Positions 26,556 through 40,293 of a stretch of DNA of 64,000 nucleotides are shown here, piece by piece. The position numbers and the translations under genes were made by a program. The stretch comes from Eledone cirrhosa (Eukaryota), in contig OZ024740.1 in assembly GCA_964016885.1 (NCBI GenBank), positions 122,202,001 to 122,266,000 on the forward strand, read 5' to 3'. A model generated the notes under the pieces. That model worked only from the letters and a program-made list of their open reading frames with translations. It did no database searches and was not told the origin of the DNA. Numbering within the stretch: the first letter of the stretch is position 1; each line of letters opens with the position of its first letter.

Positions 26556-28441
26556 TTACCGTACTTTTGGTAGAGGAGGAATGGTTTTTACATCCCTTTT
26601 CACTTGATCGTCTGGTGAAGGGACCGTTGAATCGTCCCTTCGGCTGGTCGTCGGCCCTTCTAAGAGAATGTCTGAATATACTCTTCGATTGATGGTTCCT
26701 CCTAGGTCCCTGAAATCACCAACTGCGTTGGGGAATTTCGTTTTAATGTTTGTGTATTGTTTCTGTGCTATTTTTAGCAGTCTTGTGTTAGTTGGCGTTT
26801 TGATTGGTGCTGGTATTATGTAGTCCTGTTGTGAAATGTCTGTGTGTTCAATTATGTAAGTCATTAGTTTCTTGTTGTGTGTATTTATTGCCGTGCATTT
26901 GTTTTTCTGGGGGTGGGTGTGGTTCTGCTATTTTCTTGTCGTTGTTGCTGGGTGTGTGTGTTTTGTTGTTGTGTTTGCGATGTTGGTGCTTGTGGTGGTG
27001 GTGTTGAAGGTGTTGTTGGCGGTGGAGTTGTCGCCGGTGGTGATGGTGGTGCTAGTGTGGGTGGTGATGGTGTGGGTGGTGTTGCTGCTGTGGGTCTCTT
27101 TGCAGTAGACTTTACCCTTTTCTCATTTCTTTCCTCCCTTTTCAAAGGCGACGATGCGCTGCTTCTGCGTTTGTGCCTTCTTACGACCTTTTGCCATCCC
27201 TCTCCCACCTCACACTCCATGTCTGATTCTGTGAGGTCGGGGAGGGGTACCAGCTCCACTCTTTCACTTGTTGTTGTTGGTGATGTTTGCACTGGAGTCT
27301 CTGTTGCAACTGCATTTGGTATTGCTCTTGTTGTTGTTAATATTTCCACTGCTGCTGCTGTTTTTGATTTCCGTGGAGTGGGTATGGGTGCCACGGACCT
27401 ATCGTTCCTGGTTGCCGCTTGTCCTGTGGCTGGTAGCCGTGGAGCCGGATTTGGAAGGAGGGGGATTTTCTCCTTTCTCAGGGTCTTCTCGTTGCAGAAG
27501 GCCCTGAGGTGAGTCTTCGATCCACAGCGAAAGCATTTCGGGCGTTTGCCCTCAACACTTATGGGCAGTTGAATGCCGTTATCGAAGTCTATCACATCCG
27601 GGATAACTTCGATGCACTCCTGGTTGGTTTGGATTAGCATCTCAATGGAGGTGCCTACCCAATCTTCTCTTACTTTTTTCTGTACTTGCAGTACAGTTGT
27701 TTTGTCATCGATTCCGACGAGGACAGACGCGGCCAGCCAAGAAGGGGCCATTCCGGGGGGGACGTGGGTCAGTTTGACCCTCACAATTTTTTGCCCGCAG
27801 TAGGAGGGCACCAACACCATTTCCTCGCTCCTTAGGGTCACTACTGATTGGGCCTTTGCCTCCTGGGGTGTGGCAAAAAGTACGTCTACGGTGGCATATT
27901 TTTTTCCTCGGGTGATGTGCGTTTTCCGCTGCCATACAGACCCCAAGGCTTTTTGTATTTGGGACTCTGTGGCTCTTTCCACCCTACGGGATTTTGTACT
28001 TACTGTACGGTACGTGACCGTACAGTGCTCTTGGGTTTCGAAAAATTTTTCCGCTGCCTTGCAGATTGCTCGGTGTCCATTCTTTGTCACCATTTTCTTC
28101 GCTTCCTCTAATTCCTCATTTGTTATGAGGATTGTTTCCAAGTTTTTCGCAATACCTGCAAATGAGATTGGTTTTTCTCTGCTGCTGCTGTTGTTGTTGT
28201 CGTCAGAGCTGCTGGTACTTTTGTTGTTGCTGCAGGTACTACGACTACTGCCTCCGCCGCTGTTGCTGTGGTTGTTGTTGGTGTTGCTGCTGCTAATGCT
28301 GTTGTTGTTTATGCTGCTGGTGATGCTGATGCGGCTGCTACTGTTGTTTTCATTGTCACTGTTGCTGTTGTTATTACGGCTGCTACTGCTATTATTCCTG
28401 ACGTCAGACGAATGAACTGGGTTTTCGTATTTCCCGCACAC
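26556..28441 (-). CDS. Tx1 ORF1 nucleic-acid-binding protein (CX2CX4HX4C knuckle), probable frameshift near 26870-26890
   Basis: ORF 26885-28441 plus ORF 26556-26864, whose end (LPKVR*) matches copy A's end (LREVR*). Confidence 0.8.
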
Positions 28442-29109
28442 CTGTCTCGTCGCTGTCGTCGTGGAGAAACCTTACACGCTTTGCACGAGACTTTTCTTTT
28501 CTTTCGTCACTTGCGAAAGAGAAGGGAGGGAGAGAGACACATTTAAAGAAGGGAGGGAGAGAGACAATCTTCTCTCTGCTGTAGTGATGATTGAGGAAGA
28601 AGAAGACGGAATGAGTGGGAGTGACGTATGAAATTTCTTTTTCGTAGCCATGTTGTTTTTTGTTTAAAATGAATATTGGGTACAAAACCCCAATAACTGG
28701 TTATTTAACCCCGAAGGGCCAAATAACGGACAGAAAGACCCCTCTCACGAGGAGGAGGGTGTCTTTATCAACAATTTGGTTCAAGTTTTAAACAATTTAC
28801 AATTGTTTTAACGGTTAAAAATTACTATACCTTACAGAGCCGAGCCTCCGTCAACCATGGCATTCAATAATAATAATAAGAAGAAGAAGAAAAAGAAAAA
28901 GAAGAAGAAGAAGAAGAAGAAGAAGAAGGAGTGGTAGTAGTAATAGGGATATAGTAAAGGAGGAAGGAAAAGACGAAAGAGGAGAAGGAGAAGCAGAAGT
29001 AGACGACGGGGAGATGTGGTGGTAATATTATTATTAGTAGAGGTAGTAATAGAAGGTGTCCGTGGGACTGACTGTAATTTTAGAGTGACGTAAAATTGAC
29101 CTGATGTAG

Positions 29110-30610
29110 TAATTGTTTCTAAATATATCTATCTTTCTTAATATTTCTGTAGGAAATACTATCGCTCTTAATTTGTCCATTGGAGTTATTGTTGGGTGCT
29201 TGTTGCAGTTTCGTTTGTGGTAGGTGGGTGCATTTAAACGGGGTTCGTGATAAAGTATGTTTGTTTGGTAATGCGTTGATTATGGGTAGCGTTGTCTTCA
29301 AATTTATAGAGGGGAAACATTCTGAAATTCGGTTGTTCATTAGAGGCGCAGATGTCAATGTTTTCACAAAGTTCAATTTTTCTGTATTCCTCTATTTTAA
29401 TTTGGTATCTATGAAGTCATACGTTGACGAAGACTGTTTTTAGTTCGTCCTATGTACTGATCTCGACAGCCTGAGCAAGTTAATTCATACATCAGGTTTG
29501 CTGATGCGCATGTGAAATTGTTTTTCAGCGTAAAGCGTTAAACCTGTTTGAAATAGATCTCTGATCTCTCTATTAGGTTGATGCATATACCTCAGTTGAG
29601 CCTTATGCATTTTTCTCGGTTGGTTTCGTTGTTATGGTCGACTGGACTTTGGCCTGTGTTAGGATATTTTTCATTAATTTGGGTTGTCTTTTGTTTTTTT
29701 TGTCTGAGGTTGTGCGTTTGAAGAATTTGGTTCATTCTATGATCCCTTTTTAGTAAAGGAACGTTCTGGAGGAGGGTGTCGATGCCCTAATTGTTTAGGG
29801 GTTGTGTGTGGAGATGCCTGTTAGGGCTTTCAGTTTCGATTCATTCTTTAGTTTGTTTTGTCTAAGTTCCTGCATACTGAGTTTCTGGGCACGTTTGATT
29901 TCATTGTTAATTACAGGTGGTGGGTAATTCCTGCTGATGAGTGTATCATTTAGTTCTTTTAGTCGTATGTAACAGGTGTTTCTATCAGATAATATTGTAC
30001 AAATCCGTTTGACTTGGTTGTAAGTCATATCCATTTTAACATGCCTCGGGCGGCATGGGTTGAACGGATGATATTGCTTGGAGTCCGTGGGCTTGTGGTA
30101 TATGTCCGTTTCTATTTTGTTGTTAGATTTCTTAATAAGGATGTCGATGAAAGGAAGTTGTTGATAGTTGTATTCCATCGTAAATGAAATGTTTGTGTTA
30201 CGTACATTTAGAAGTGTATAGTCTCTCTATACTTTCATGCCAAAGGATAAAACAATGATTTACATATCTCTTGCAGTTATTTTCTATGTGCAGGTAGAAT
30301 GAGTTACACTATTTCTCTAGTAATTTACGGTAGAGGTAAATTTTCAGGTACCCCATGACCAGGTTAGCATAAGTGGGGGCCGCGGGGCCGCTTTCGTACC
30401 CCTCACAGTCCCAGATTTCTGTCTGTAGAATTTGTCATTGAATACGAAGTAGGTATTCTCCAAGATAAATTTGAGCCCTTCTATTACGAATTCGTTTTTG
30501 ATACGGTGTCGGTGTTCATTTGAATTATTTTCTAGCCAGAATTGGATTGCTTCTATTCTTAGATTGTGGGGGATAATCAGTGTTGGTTGATCCAAGCAAT
30601 CGAGCAACTA
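29110..30610 (-). mobile_element. Degenerate Penelope-like element (RT + GIY-YIG), distinct from the Naiad-type copy
   Basis: FNDKFYRQKSGTVRGTKAAP and LPFIDILI..IYHKPTDSKQY..C.PRH; remnant TCSGCRDQYIGRT at ~29440-29480. Confidence 0.8.
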
Positions 30611-31890
30611 TTGTGTAAATAGGGGAAGGTGCTCCACCTCATGGATCCCATAAGTTATTGCGTATATGTTATCAGACGCAATATACATTTTAGGAAAATA
30701 AGAGACGATATCATATATTCAACTCCGATTTATTTTATTACAACGGAATTTAAATATGTGATGCCGTCTCACTCCGTTTACTTATTATATATATATGGAT
30801 TTTGTGTGAATGTGTTTGAGTGTGTGGGTGTGTGTGTGTGTGTGTGTGAGAGAGACAGAGAGAGAGAGAGTGAGAGAGAAAGAGCGGGAGAACAGAGAGA
30901 GAGAGAAACGAGAGAGAGTGAGGGGGACGAAAAAGAGAGAGAGAGAGAGTATGTGAATATAATGTTTCGGAAAAAAGCCGTCTATATATGGCCATAACTC
31001 TGCTGCTAGTATTGTTAGAAAGTGTGTTTCACAGAAGGAACTGGTTTGTGCGTGGGAAACAGTTAAAATTAATGCGCAAATACAGAATTACAGTAGACAA
31101 AGCAGAGATTTGTAACATACATCAAATTATCATAGAAATATTAGAACAACCTTCTTTAATAAAACTTCACATTTGGTGATATTTCTATCAATATATTAAC
31201 ACTGATAACGCATTTGCAACAAACATGTTCATTAATGCGTTATTAAATCTTGAACAATACAATTACATTGTGTTATACTAATGGTGGCTAATGAAGCAGA
31301 CAACACTGAAGACAATCCCTCTTTATAACAAAACTTATGATCATTTATGTGTCTCTCCTCCCTGCTAATCCGAAGGGTTATTATTTAGAAAGTAACTTGA
31401 ACTTAGTAAAAGCTTTTAAGTTCTGTATTTAAACAGACATATCAGAATAAATGAAGAAACACATCAGGTATTATATACATATAAATATATTTACCAATAT
31501 ATAAACACATATCTGCACATATTCTCACGTATAATTTACACACAGCCAATGTTTTGCGACAAAAACTCATGTCTTGTGATTCTAATGAAATAGATTCTTT
31601 CTGTACATTCTTTTGAATAATCTTTCACCAATTTCTAAATGTAAAAATGTATTTAGCATCAACTACTTCCAATTTATTATTGCTATATAATTTTCAAACC
31701 CATCTGCCATATTTAAACGTCATTTATGTCGTATATGAAAACATAACATCTGTAATATGTCCATCTTAGAATAGATATAAAATTGATTTATTGGTTAGAA
31801 TGTATTTCGCCCTACAGAGTAATACAAAAATGTTAACATCGGTAAAGTTTAAATCCTGCTGGCTCTCTTCTATCTTCAGTATGAATGTAA

Positions 31891-31927
<37 letters not shown>

Positions 31928-32164
31928 CTCATCTTTTTCCATTTATCTGAGGGTTCTAAACCCCATTATCAGGCTAAAATTGATTTAGTCAAAAAATACG
32001 GTGAGAACTATTCTATTTTCTAATTTCAAACCTGCTCACTGTTTCGAAAACATACTTGTCATATATATATATATATATATAAATAAATAGCTTAGAGTTT
32101 AGACTCAATGGGATCATTTACAATCATTTCAGCTCTAAGAATCGCTTCTGAGCAGAATAAATTA

Positions 32165-32797
32165 ATATTTGATGAACATTTACATGTTTTAGTTGCAATT
32201 GACTAATAAAATCGCTAGAATGAAATATCTTAATTCAACAACATAAAGTTTGCCTGTACGATCTAAAAAATAATAAATCAATACTCACAGACTCATATGG
32301 GCAAAAAGCCTTGGTACCTAGACACGTTTAAAATTCAAAATACAAACTTTTTCCGCAGATCGGTCAGAACTTCAAACTTCAAACATGTTTCACAAAGGAT
32401 GGTATAATAGTGAAATAATTAATTAATTAGTAGTGAGTTAATCAACTTTTTCTGTGTTTATCAATAGGTACCCAGATAAAATTAAATAACTTCACCTCAG
32501 AAAAATATCTAAGGTGTGGTTAGCGTAGCGAAAATACACGAGGTTTTGCACACGGCTTATTCCAGTCCTCTAACGTCCCACACATAGTGCTAGAAATAAC
32601 AGCCGTTTATATGCGGAAAAAGTTTGTATTTTGAATTTTAAACGTGTCTAGGTACAAAGGCTTTTTGCCCATATGAGTCTGTGAGTATTGATTTTTTATT
32701 TTTTAGATAGTACAGGCAAACTTTATGTTGTTGAATTAAGATATTTCATTCTAGCGATTTTATTAGTCAATTGCAACTAAAACATGTAAGTGTTCAT

Positions 32798-32805
<8 letters not shown>
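32165..32805. mobile_element. MITE-like element with ~190-bp inverted arms (32165-32357 and 32612-32805)
   Basis: Arms are near-perfect reverse complements; non-coding spacer; (TA)n on the right flank; no hammerhead seen. Confidence 0.7.
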
Positions 32806-32857
<52 letters not shown>

Positions 32858-32865
32858 TATATATT

Positions 32866-32976
<111 letters not shown>

Positions 32977-33172
32977 GTTTATATATTTATAATATATATA
33001 TATATATATATACAGAGAGAGAGGGGGTAGTGAGAAAGAGAGAGAGAGAGAATAGTCCACCTAGATAGCCATCGCTTGATATTCGTAGATGATTTTCCAT
33101 TCTGCTGAATGGACGCATTACTCTCTAGAAGATATCAAAAAGTGTTCGTGATTTCTCACTTCATTAGCAATA

Positions 33173-34435
<1,263 letters not shown>

Positions 34436-34771
34436 ATATATATTTATATATTTATACAAATGAATGATTAAATAATTAAAAATCTACCTTAAGTATATAT
34501 GTATAAATATATATATATATATAAGTGTGTGTAGTGTGCATTTGTGCGTTTTTTGCGTGAATGAGAGTGTATGCATGTATGTACGTATATACAAAAGGAG
34601 CTTAATGTTATTTAGCTAAAACCTTTTGTTATATATATTTAAAAAATAAAATAAAACCATATGCAGAAAAGTAAGAATAAGTAATACACACGAATATCTA
34701 TGCACACACACACATACGCACCCACAAAACTTGTGAGAGTGCCAATGTCAGCACTCGATGCAGACCACAGT

Positions 34772-35067
34772 GTATATAATAAGAAAAATGTGGAGGTGTA
34801 ACATATGATACTTTTTGTTCAACCCGGTTACACATGTTTCACAGGGAGCCGGCTCGTGAACTAGGAGTCCTCCCAGACCAGACTCCGAATCTGCCTGATC
34901 CTGAAACAAGTGTTGACACGACAAAAATCGCATCAAATCTCTGGACTAACCAGCTAGACACAAATCAGTTTGGTCTGGCATGACTCCCATATCACGAGCC
35001 GGCTGCCTGGGATTGATTTGTAACCAGGTTGAGCAATAAATCCCATATGTAACGCCCTCACTTTGTT

Positions 35068-35075
<8 letters not shown>
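34772..35075. mobile_element. MITE-like element with ~130-bp imperfect inverted arms, next to (TA)n
   Basis: taagaaaaatgtggagg...gagccggctcgtga...ccagacc pairs with ggtctgg...tcacgagccggct...ctcactttgttctta. Confidence 0.55.
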
Positions 35076-35131
<56 letters not shown>

Positions 35132-35138
<7 letters not shown>

Positions 35139-35701
35139 ATAATTTGGGAGGATCATGTTGCCAAAAAGAAACACACGCACCAGTTGCTTTCACTAAAATT
35201 TATTATAAATTAAATTTATAAATTTAAGAATTTATAAATTTCCGGTTGCCTTGTTGGTTCCACAACCGGACGGTTGTTCATATATTGTCAAAGATCTTTC
35301 GTCACACATTATGTGGCATCTCCAGTGACTAGGGATTATTTTCTTTGTTTCTGTGCTTCTCCTTTGTTCTGTCCTACGCCATCTTGTTTTTGTGTGTGTT
35401 GTGTGCTTAGTTTGCGCAGTCTAAGCACACAACACACACAAAAACAAGATGCGTAGGACAGAACAAAGGAGAGGCACAAAAGCAAAGAAAATAATCCCCA
35501 GTCACTGAAGAGGTCACGGAGTGTGTGACGAAAGAACTTTGACAACATATGAACAACCGTCCGGTTTTGGAACCAACCAACCAACCAACCGGAAATTTAT
35601 AAATTCTTAAATTTATAAATTTAAATTATAATAAATTGGATCGAAAGCATGGTGCGTGTGTTTCTTATTGGCAACATGAACCTCCCTAAGCATAACAATA
35701 T
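35132..35701. mobile_element. Head-to-head inverted mini-element (centre ~35415) with a hammerhead in each arm
   Basis: Arms of ~280 bp are reverse-complementary; the left end abuts (TA)n. Confidence 0.8.
35501..35543 (+). ncRNA. Minimal hammerhead motif (mirror on the minus strand at 35287-35329)
   Basis: GTCA-CTGAAGA-g-GTCAC ggagtgt GTGAC-GAAA-G aa C TT-TGAC; the left arm has palindromic stem III AAGATCTT but core CTGGAGA. Confidence 0.7.
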
Positions 35702-35809
35702 CGGTTTTCAGATAAATACTCTTGCTAAACAAATTCAGAAACGATATATATATATAAATTAATAAAATAATGAATAAACAAAGAAACAGTTCCTTATATT
35801 AAAAATAAT

Positions 35810-35952
35810 TCATCATTTTACGATCGTTTCTAGGATATATATGTGTTAGAGTTGGTATGCATATTCTATAGATCTATGTACAATATTTATACAAACTATC
35901 AGAGGGAATATACATACCTACACATATATATGCTGTCTTCAGAAATAAATGA
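35810..35952 (-). ncRNA. Hammerhead with extended stem II (mirror of 39900-40041)
   Basis: Reverse complement of the pLTR hammerhead. Confidence 0.65.
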
Positions 35953-36644
35953 TATTTGTTTATTGAAAAAAACAAAGATTCAATACAATAGGTCTGTTTG
36001 GGAACAGGTTTTGAATTGACCAATAGAGAGATAGTGAGGGTCATGATAGTAATATAGTAGTAGAAGAACCTTAAATTATGGGTAGAGGAAGGTAGATATC
36101 AGTTTTGGATGGAAAAGAATATTATGAATGAAGGATTATTTTAGGGAAGAAATAGGTCTTATGCTGACCTCAGAAATAATTTTATTTTTTCATTGAATAA
36201 AACCAGCAAAGATCTAATATATTCTGTCTGTTTGGTAAGAGGTTTAGAATTAACCAATAGAAAGTTAATAATTGGCCAATGGTAAAATAGTAGTAATTGA
36301 AGCTTATTTTAGGGCTGAAAATAGGTCAGTTGGTCAGTAAAAGGTATGCAAGCAGTTGCTCTTATAAAATAGTTATGCCAATACAAATATCTAAGGTGAC
36401 TAAAGTTTTAAGATAAGAATGTTAGTGAAAAAAATACATCTATGAAAAGAATATAAATTAATTTAATTGATGGGTATATTTATATTGATAATATGATACT
36501 AATACATATAGATATGATAAATAAGAGTTAGATGCAGTTGAAAAGTGCTGTTAAAGATGAGGGGAAATTAAAAGAATATAAAAATAATATATATATATAT
36601 ATATACTTATACATATATATATATATATACATATATATGCACAT

Positions 36645-36675
<31 letters not shown>

Positions 36676-36772
36676 CATATATATACACTTATATATATAC
36701 ATATATATACATATATATACACATACAGACACACACATACACACATATATACATATACATATACATATATAT

Positions 36773-36811
<39 letters not shown>

Positions 36812-37226
36812 GATATATACATGCATATATACATACATACACATACATATACACACACATATACACTTATATATACATATAATTATTGGGGAGGGATTAA
36901 ATTAGTGGGAAATAGTAAATATATATAGTTTTCAAGGAACATAGAGTCTTAACCTGGAGTTAAAGCATTATATATGTTTACTTAATGGTATCAGTTTTAG
37001 GAAATTATATTTGTAAGAAGGAAAGCAAAATTATGTAGTTCATCATTAGTAGAATATTAATTATAGGTTAACTAAATTAAAAATAGTTTATATATTAATT
37101 TCAAAAGTGTATATTAATTAGGTTTATAATTTTTAAAGCAGAATTATGTAGTTCATCAGTAGTACAATATTAATTATAGGTTAACTAAATTAAAAATAAC
37201 TTATAAATTAATTTCTAAAGTGTATA

Positions 37227-38015
37227 TTAATTAGGTTTATAATATTTAAATTTTTTTCTCAATATATGATTACACGATATTATTAATTCCTGTCGCTTAT
37301 TTAATAGGATATCCTTAGATTTCATTATTTCAAAAAGTTCTTGGGAACATAATCTACATTCATTTCTACTATTTTGATAAGGGGTGGCCCTTTTGAGCAC
37401 ACTCCAGGTCAGGTCATATTCTATATTCCTCTTTCTATAACTATTTATTATTTCAGCTAGAGATGTTGTATTAGCTAGTGCGGCATTTTTAAAACTATGT
37501 TTGTGGGTATTAAATCTTACCTTAAATTTGTTAGAGGTAGCTCCTATATATGAATAAATTGAGTCCTTAGTGTTAACTTTACATTTATATACTATGTTAT
37601 TAACAAGGCAATTTCCTTTTAATTGACAGTTTGCCTTGTTTCTACAGTTACAACTTTTCGTGAATCCTGTATCTGAGGAGATATTATGGTTAGTTTGATG
37701 TACTGGTGGTATACTCATGGTTTTTTTACATTTATATGCATTATAGGCACTTATATTTTGTTTTATGTTTTTGGTTGTTGAGTAAGAGAATTTAACCGTT
37801 GATCTATTTAAGATTTGATGGTATTTGTGGTTTGGCAGGAAGTTTTTCTCTAGGATATTAAAGATTCTTTTAGGTATATTATCCTTAATTTGTAAATTAA
37901 ATGGAGCATTGTACCAAGTAACTCGTCTATTACGGTTTCGATGTTGTTTATTGTTTTTATAGGATGCATCCTGATGTTTATTGAGAGAATTATTGTTAAT
38001 GACCTCACCACACAC
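37227..38015 (-). CDS. PLE GIY-YIG endonuclease domain (C-terminal part of the PLE ORF)
   Basis: VTWYNAPF; CNCRNKANCQLKGNC; IVY...SYIGAT..FKVRFNTH; CRLC..E; LLNKRQELIISCNH. Confidence 0.88.
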   Translation of the reverse strand: MCGEVINNNSLNKHQDASYKNNKQHRNRNRRVTWYNAPFNLQIKDNIPKRIFNILEKNFLPNHKYHQILNRSTVKFSYSTTKNIKQNISAYNAYKCKKTMSIPPVHQTNHNISSDTGFTKSCNCRNKANCQLKGNCLVNNIVYKCKVNTKDSIYSYIGATSNKFKVRFNTHKHSFKNAALANTTSLAEIINSYRKRNIEYDLTWSVLKRATPYQNSRNECRLCSQELFEIMKSKDILLNKRQELIISCNHILRKKFKYYKPN

Positions 38016-39043
38016 ATTTTTAGTTAGATTTATTGATTTAGGTGTTTTAGCTTTTTTATTAGGAGTTTTATTATTAACATTTATTAGAGTTGTAGGATGA
38101 GTAGTTTTTGAGAGTTACTATACTGTATATTAGAAGAGTTAGAGAAATTTGGTTTTACGTTGGTGTTTTGGGGTATAGTGTGAGTGGCATTTAGGTGTGT
38201 ATGTTTCATTTGGTGTCTGTTGGTAATATTAGGTTGTATGTTTGTAGTGTTATTGGTAGAAGGTATATATATTAATCTATTTGTGTGGCCGCTTCTAGCT
38301 AGAGCTTCGTTATAAAAGGTCGCATTTTTTATCAAATACATCTTGGTTAGACGAAAGGTTAGAAATTCTAAGTGATATATTATATGCAAGGTTTTTAAGG
38401 ATAGATTTAGGGTGATTAGATTGTAAGTGTATGTAGTGTAAATTTTGGTTGGGTTTATGGTAAGGTTGGTAGATACTCGTAGATAGGTCTAATGTTATAT
38501 CTAGGAAATTAACTACTTTACTTGTGTTTTCAAATGTAATATCTAGACTATAATAGTCTTTGAGGAATGTTCTAATAAGCTTTTTATTTTTTCTATCTCT
38601 GAGAGGCTAAGGTTATTGGAAAGAAGAAGACAGTCGTCACGATATAAACCACCTTTAAGGTGGGGAAAAGAAGCATTTATGTTAAAAAGAAGAAAGAGGC
38701 CCACAAGATCAGTAATTTGGGCAGAATCGCTTGAGTCCATAGTAATATCGAATAGATTACTATATGTGTTTCTGGTCAAGTATTCATTCTGAAATTCCAA
38801 TAGTGTTAGTCTAGCATGTGTAATAATATTAATGTCATCCAAAGTTAAGTTAGATCTATTTTTAGCAAATATCAAGGCTTTGTTCAGGAGTATGGCTCTT
38901 CAGGTTATGACTCTATGTTCCTTGAAAACTATATATATTTACTATTTCTCACTAATTTAATCCCCCCCCCCAATAATTATATATATAAGTGTATATGTGT
39001 GTGTATATGTATGTGTATGTATGTATATATGCATGTATATATC

Positions 39044-39090
<47 letters not shown>

Positions 39091-39177
39091 ATATATATGT
39101 ATATGTATATGTATATATGTGTGTATGTGTGTGTCTGTATGTGTATATATATGTATATATATGTATATATATAAGTG

Positions 39178-39208
<31 letters not shown>

Positions 39209-39899
39209 ATGTGTATATATATGTATATATAAATATGTATAAGTATATATATATATATATATATTATTGTTATACTCTTTTAATTTCCCCTCATCTTTAA
39301 CAGCACTTTTCAACTGCATGTAACTCTTATTTATCATTTCTATATGTATTAGTATAATTTTATCAATATAAATATACCCATCAATTAAATTAAGTTATAT
39401 TCTTTTCATAGATGTATTTTTTTCACTAACATTCTTATCTTAAAACTTTAGTCACCTTAGATATTTGTATTGGCATTACTATCTTATAACAGCAACTGCT
39501 TGTATACCTTTTACTGACCACCTGGCCTATTTTCACCCCTAAAATAAGCTTCAATTACTACTATTTTACCATTTGGCCAATTATTAACTTTCTATTGGTT
39601 AATTCTAAACCTCTTACCAAACAGACAGAAGATATTAGATCTTTGTTGGTTTTATTCAATGAAAAAATAAAATTATTTCTGAGGTCAGCATAAGACCTAT
39701 TTCTTCCCTAAAATAATCCTTCATTCATAATATTCTTTTCCATCCAAAACTGAAATCTACCTTCCTCTACCCATAATTTAAGATTCTTCTACTACTATAT
39801 TACTATCCTGACCCTCACTATATCTCTATTGGTCAATTCAAAACCTGTTCCCAAACAGACCTATTGTATTGAATCTTTGTTTTTTTCAATAAACAAATA

Positions 39900-40041
39900 T
39901 CATTATTTCTGAAGACAGCATATATATGTGTAGGTATGTATATTCCCTCTGATAGTTTGTATAAATATTGTACATAGATCTATAGAATATGCATACCAAC
40001 TCTAACACATATATATCCTAGAAACGATCGTAAAATGATGA
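39900..40041 (+). ncRNA. Type-I hammerhead ribozyme with ~105-nt stem II in the PLE pseudo-LTR
   Basis: TCATTATTT-CTGAAGA-[atatatatgtgt/acacatatatat and ggtatgtatattc/gaatatgcatacc helices]-GAAA-C GATC G-TA-AAATGATGA; stem II base has mismatches (cagc/ccta). Confidence 0.68.
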
Positions 40042-40293
40042 ATTTTTTTTAATATAAGGAACTGTTTCTTTGTTTATTCATTATTTTATTAATTTATCTT
40101 GACTCTGTTTTCGGTTTTTTTTTTACCGAATTGGACACTACCGTAAACTTTTGGTAGATTTATCTACATACTTTGCCCCCTATTTTCATGGGGATATTCT
40201 TATTTTTCTATTTATGTGTATATATATTTATATATATATACATATATGTGTATGACTTTATAACTCCATATACAAATAGTTGAGCTCTTTTTC

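Larger units (their letters stand above)
22843..28865 (-). mobile_element. L1/Tx1 copy D, full length and most intact
   Basis: ORF1 518 aa with CFRCGSKTHLRAFC; ORF2 split by two frameshifts; (AAT)n on both flanks (22789-22842 and 28866-28879). Confidence 0.95.
35755..38893 (-). mobile_element. Naiad-type Penelope-like element, inverted 5'-truncated half (RT end, GIY-YIG, pseudo-LTR)
   Basis: 38893 downward is the reverse complement of 41101 onward; GIY-YIG ORF 37227-38015; 35755-36960 is the reverse complement of 38898-40097. Confidence 0.88.

Noticed and set aside
37030-37250. ~110-bp tandem duplication containing minus-strand CTGATGA
   Set aside because: No stem II/GAAA/stem III arrangement; simple duplication at the PLE ORF end
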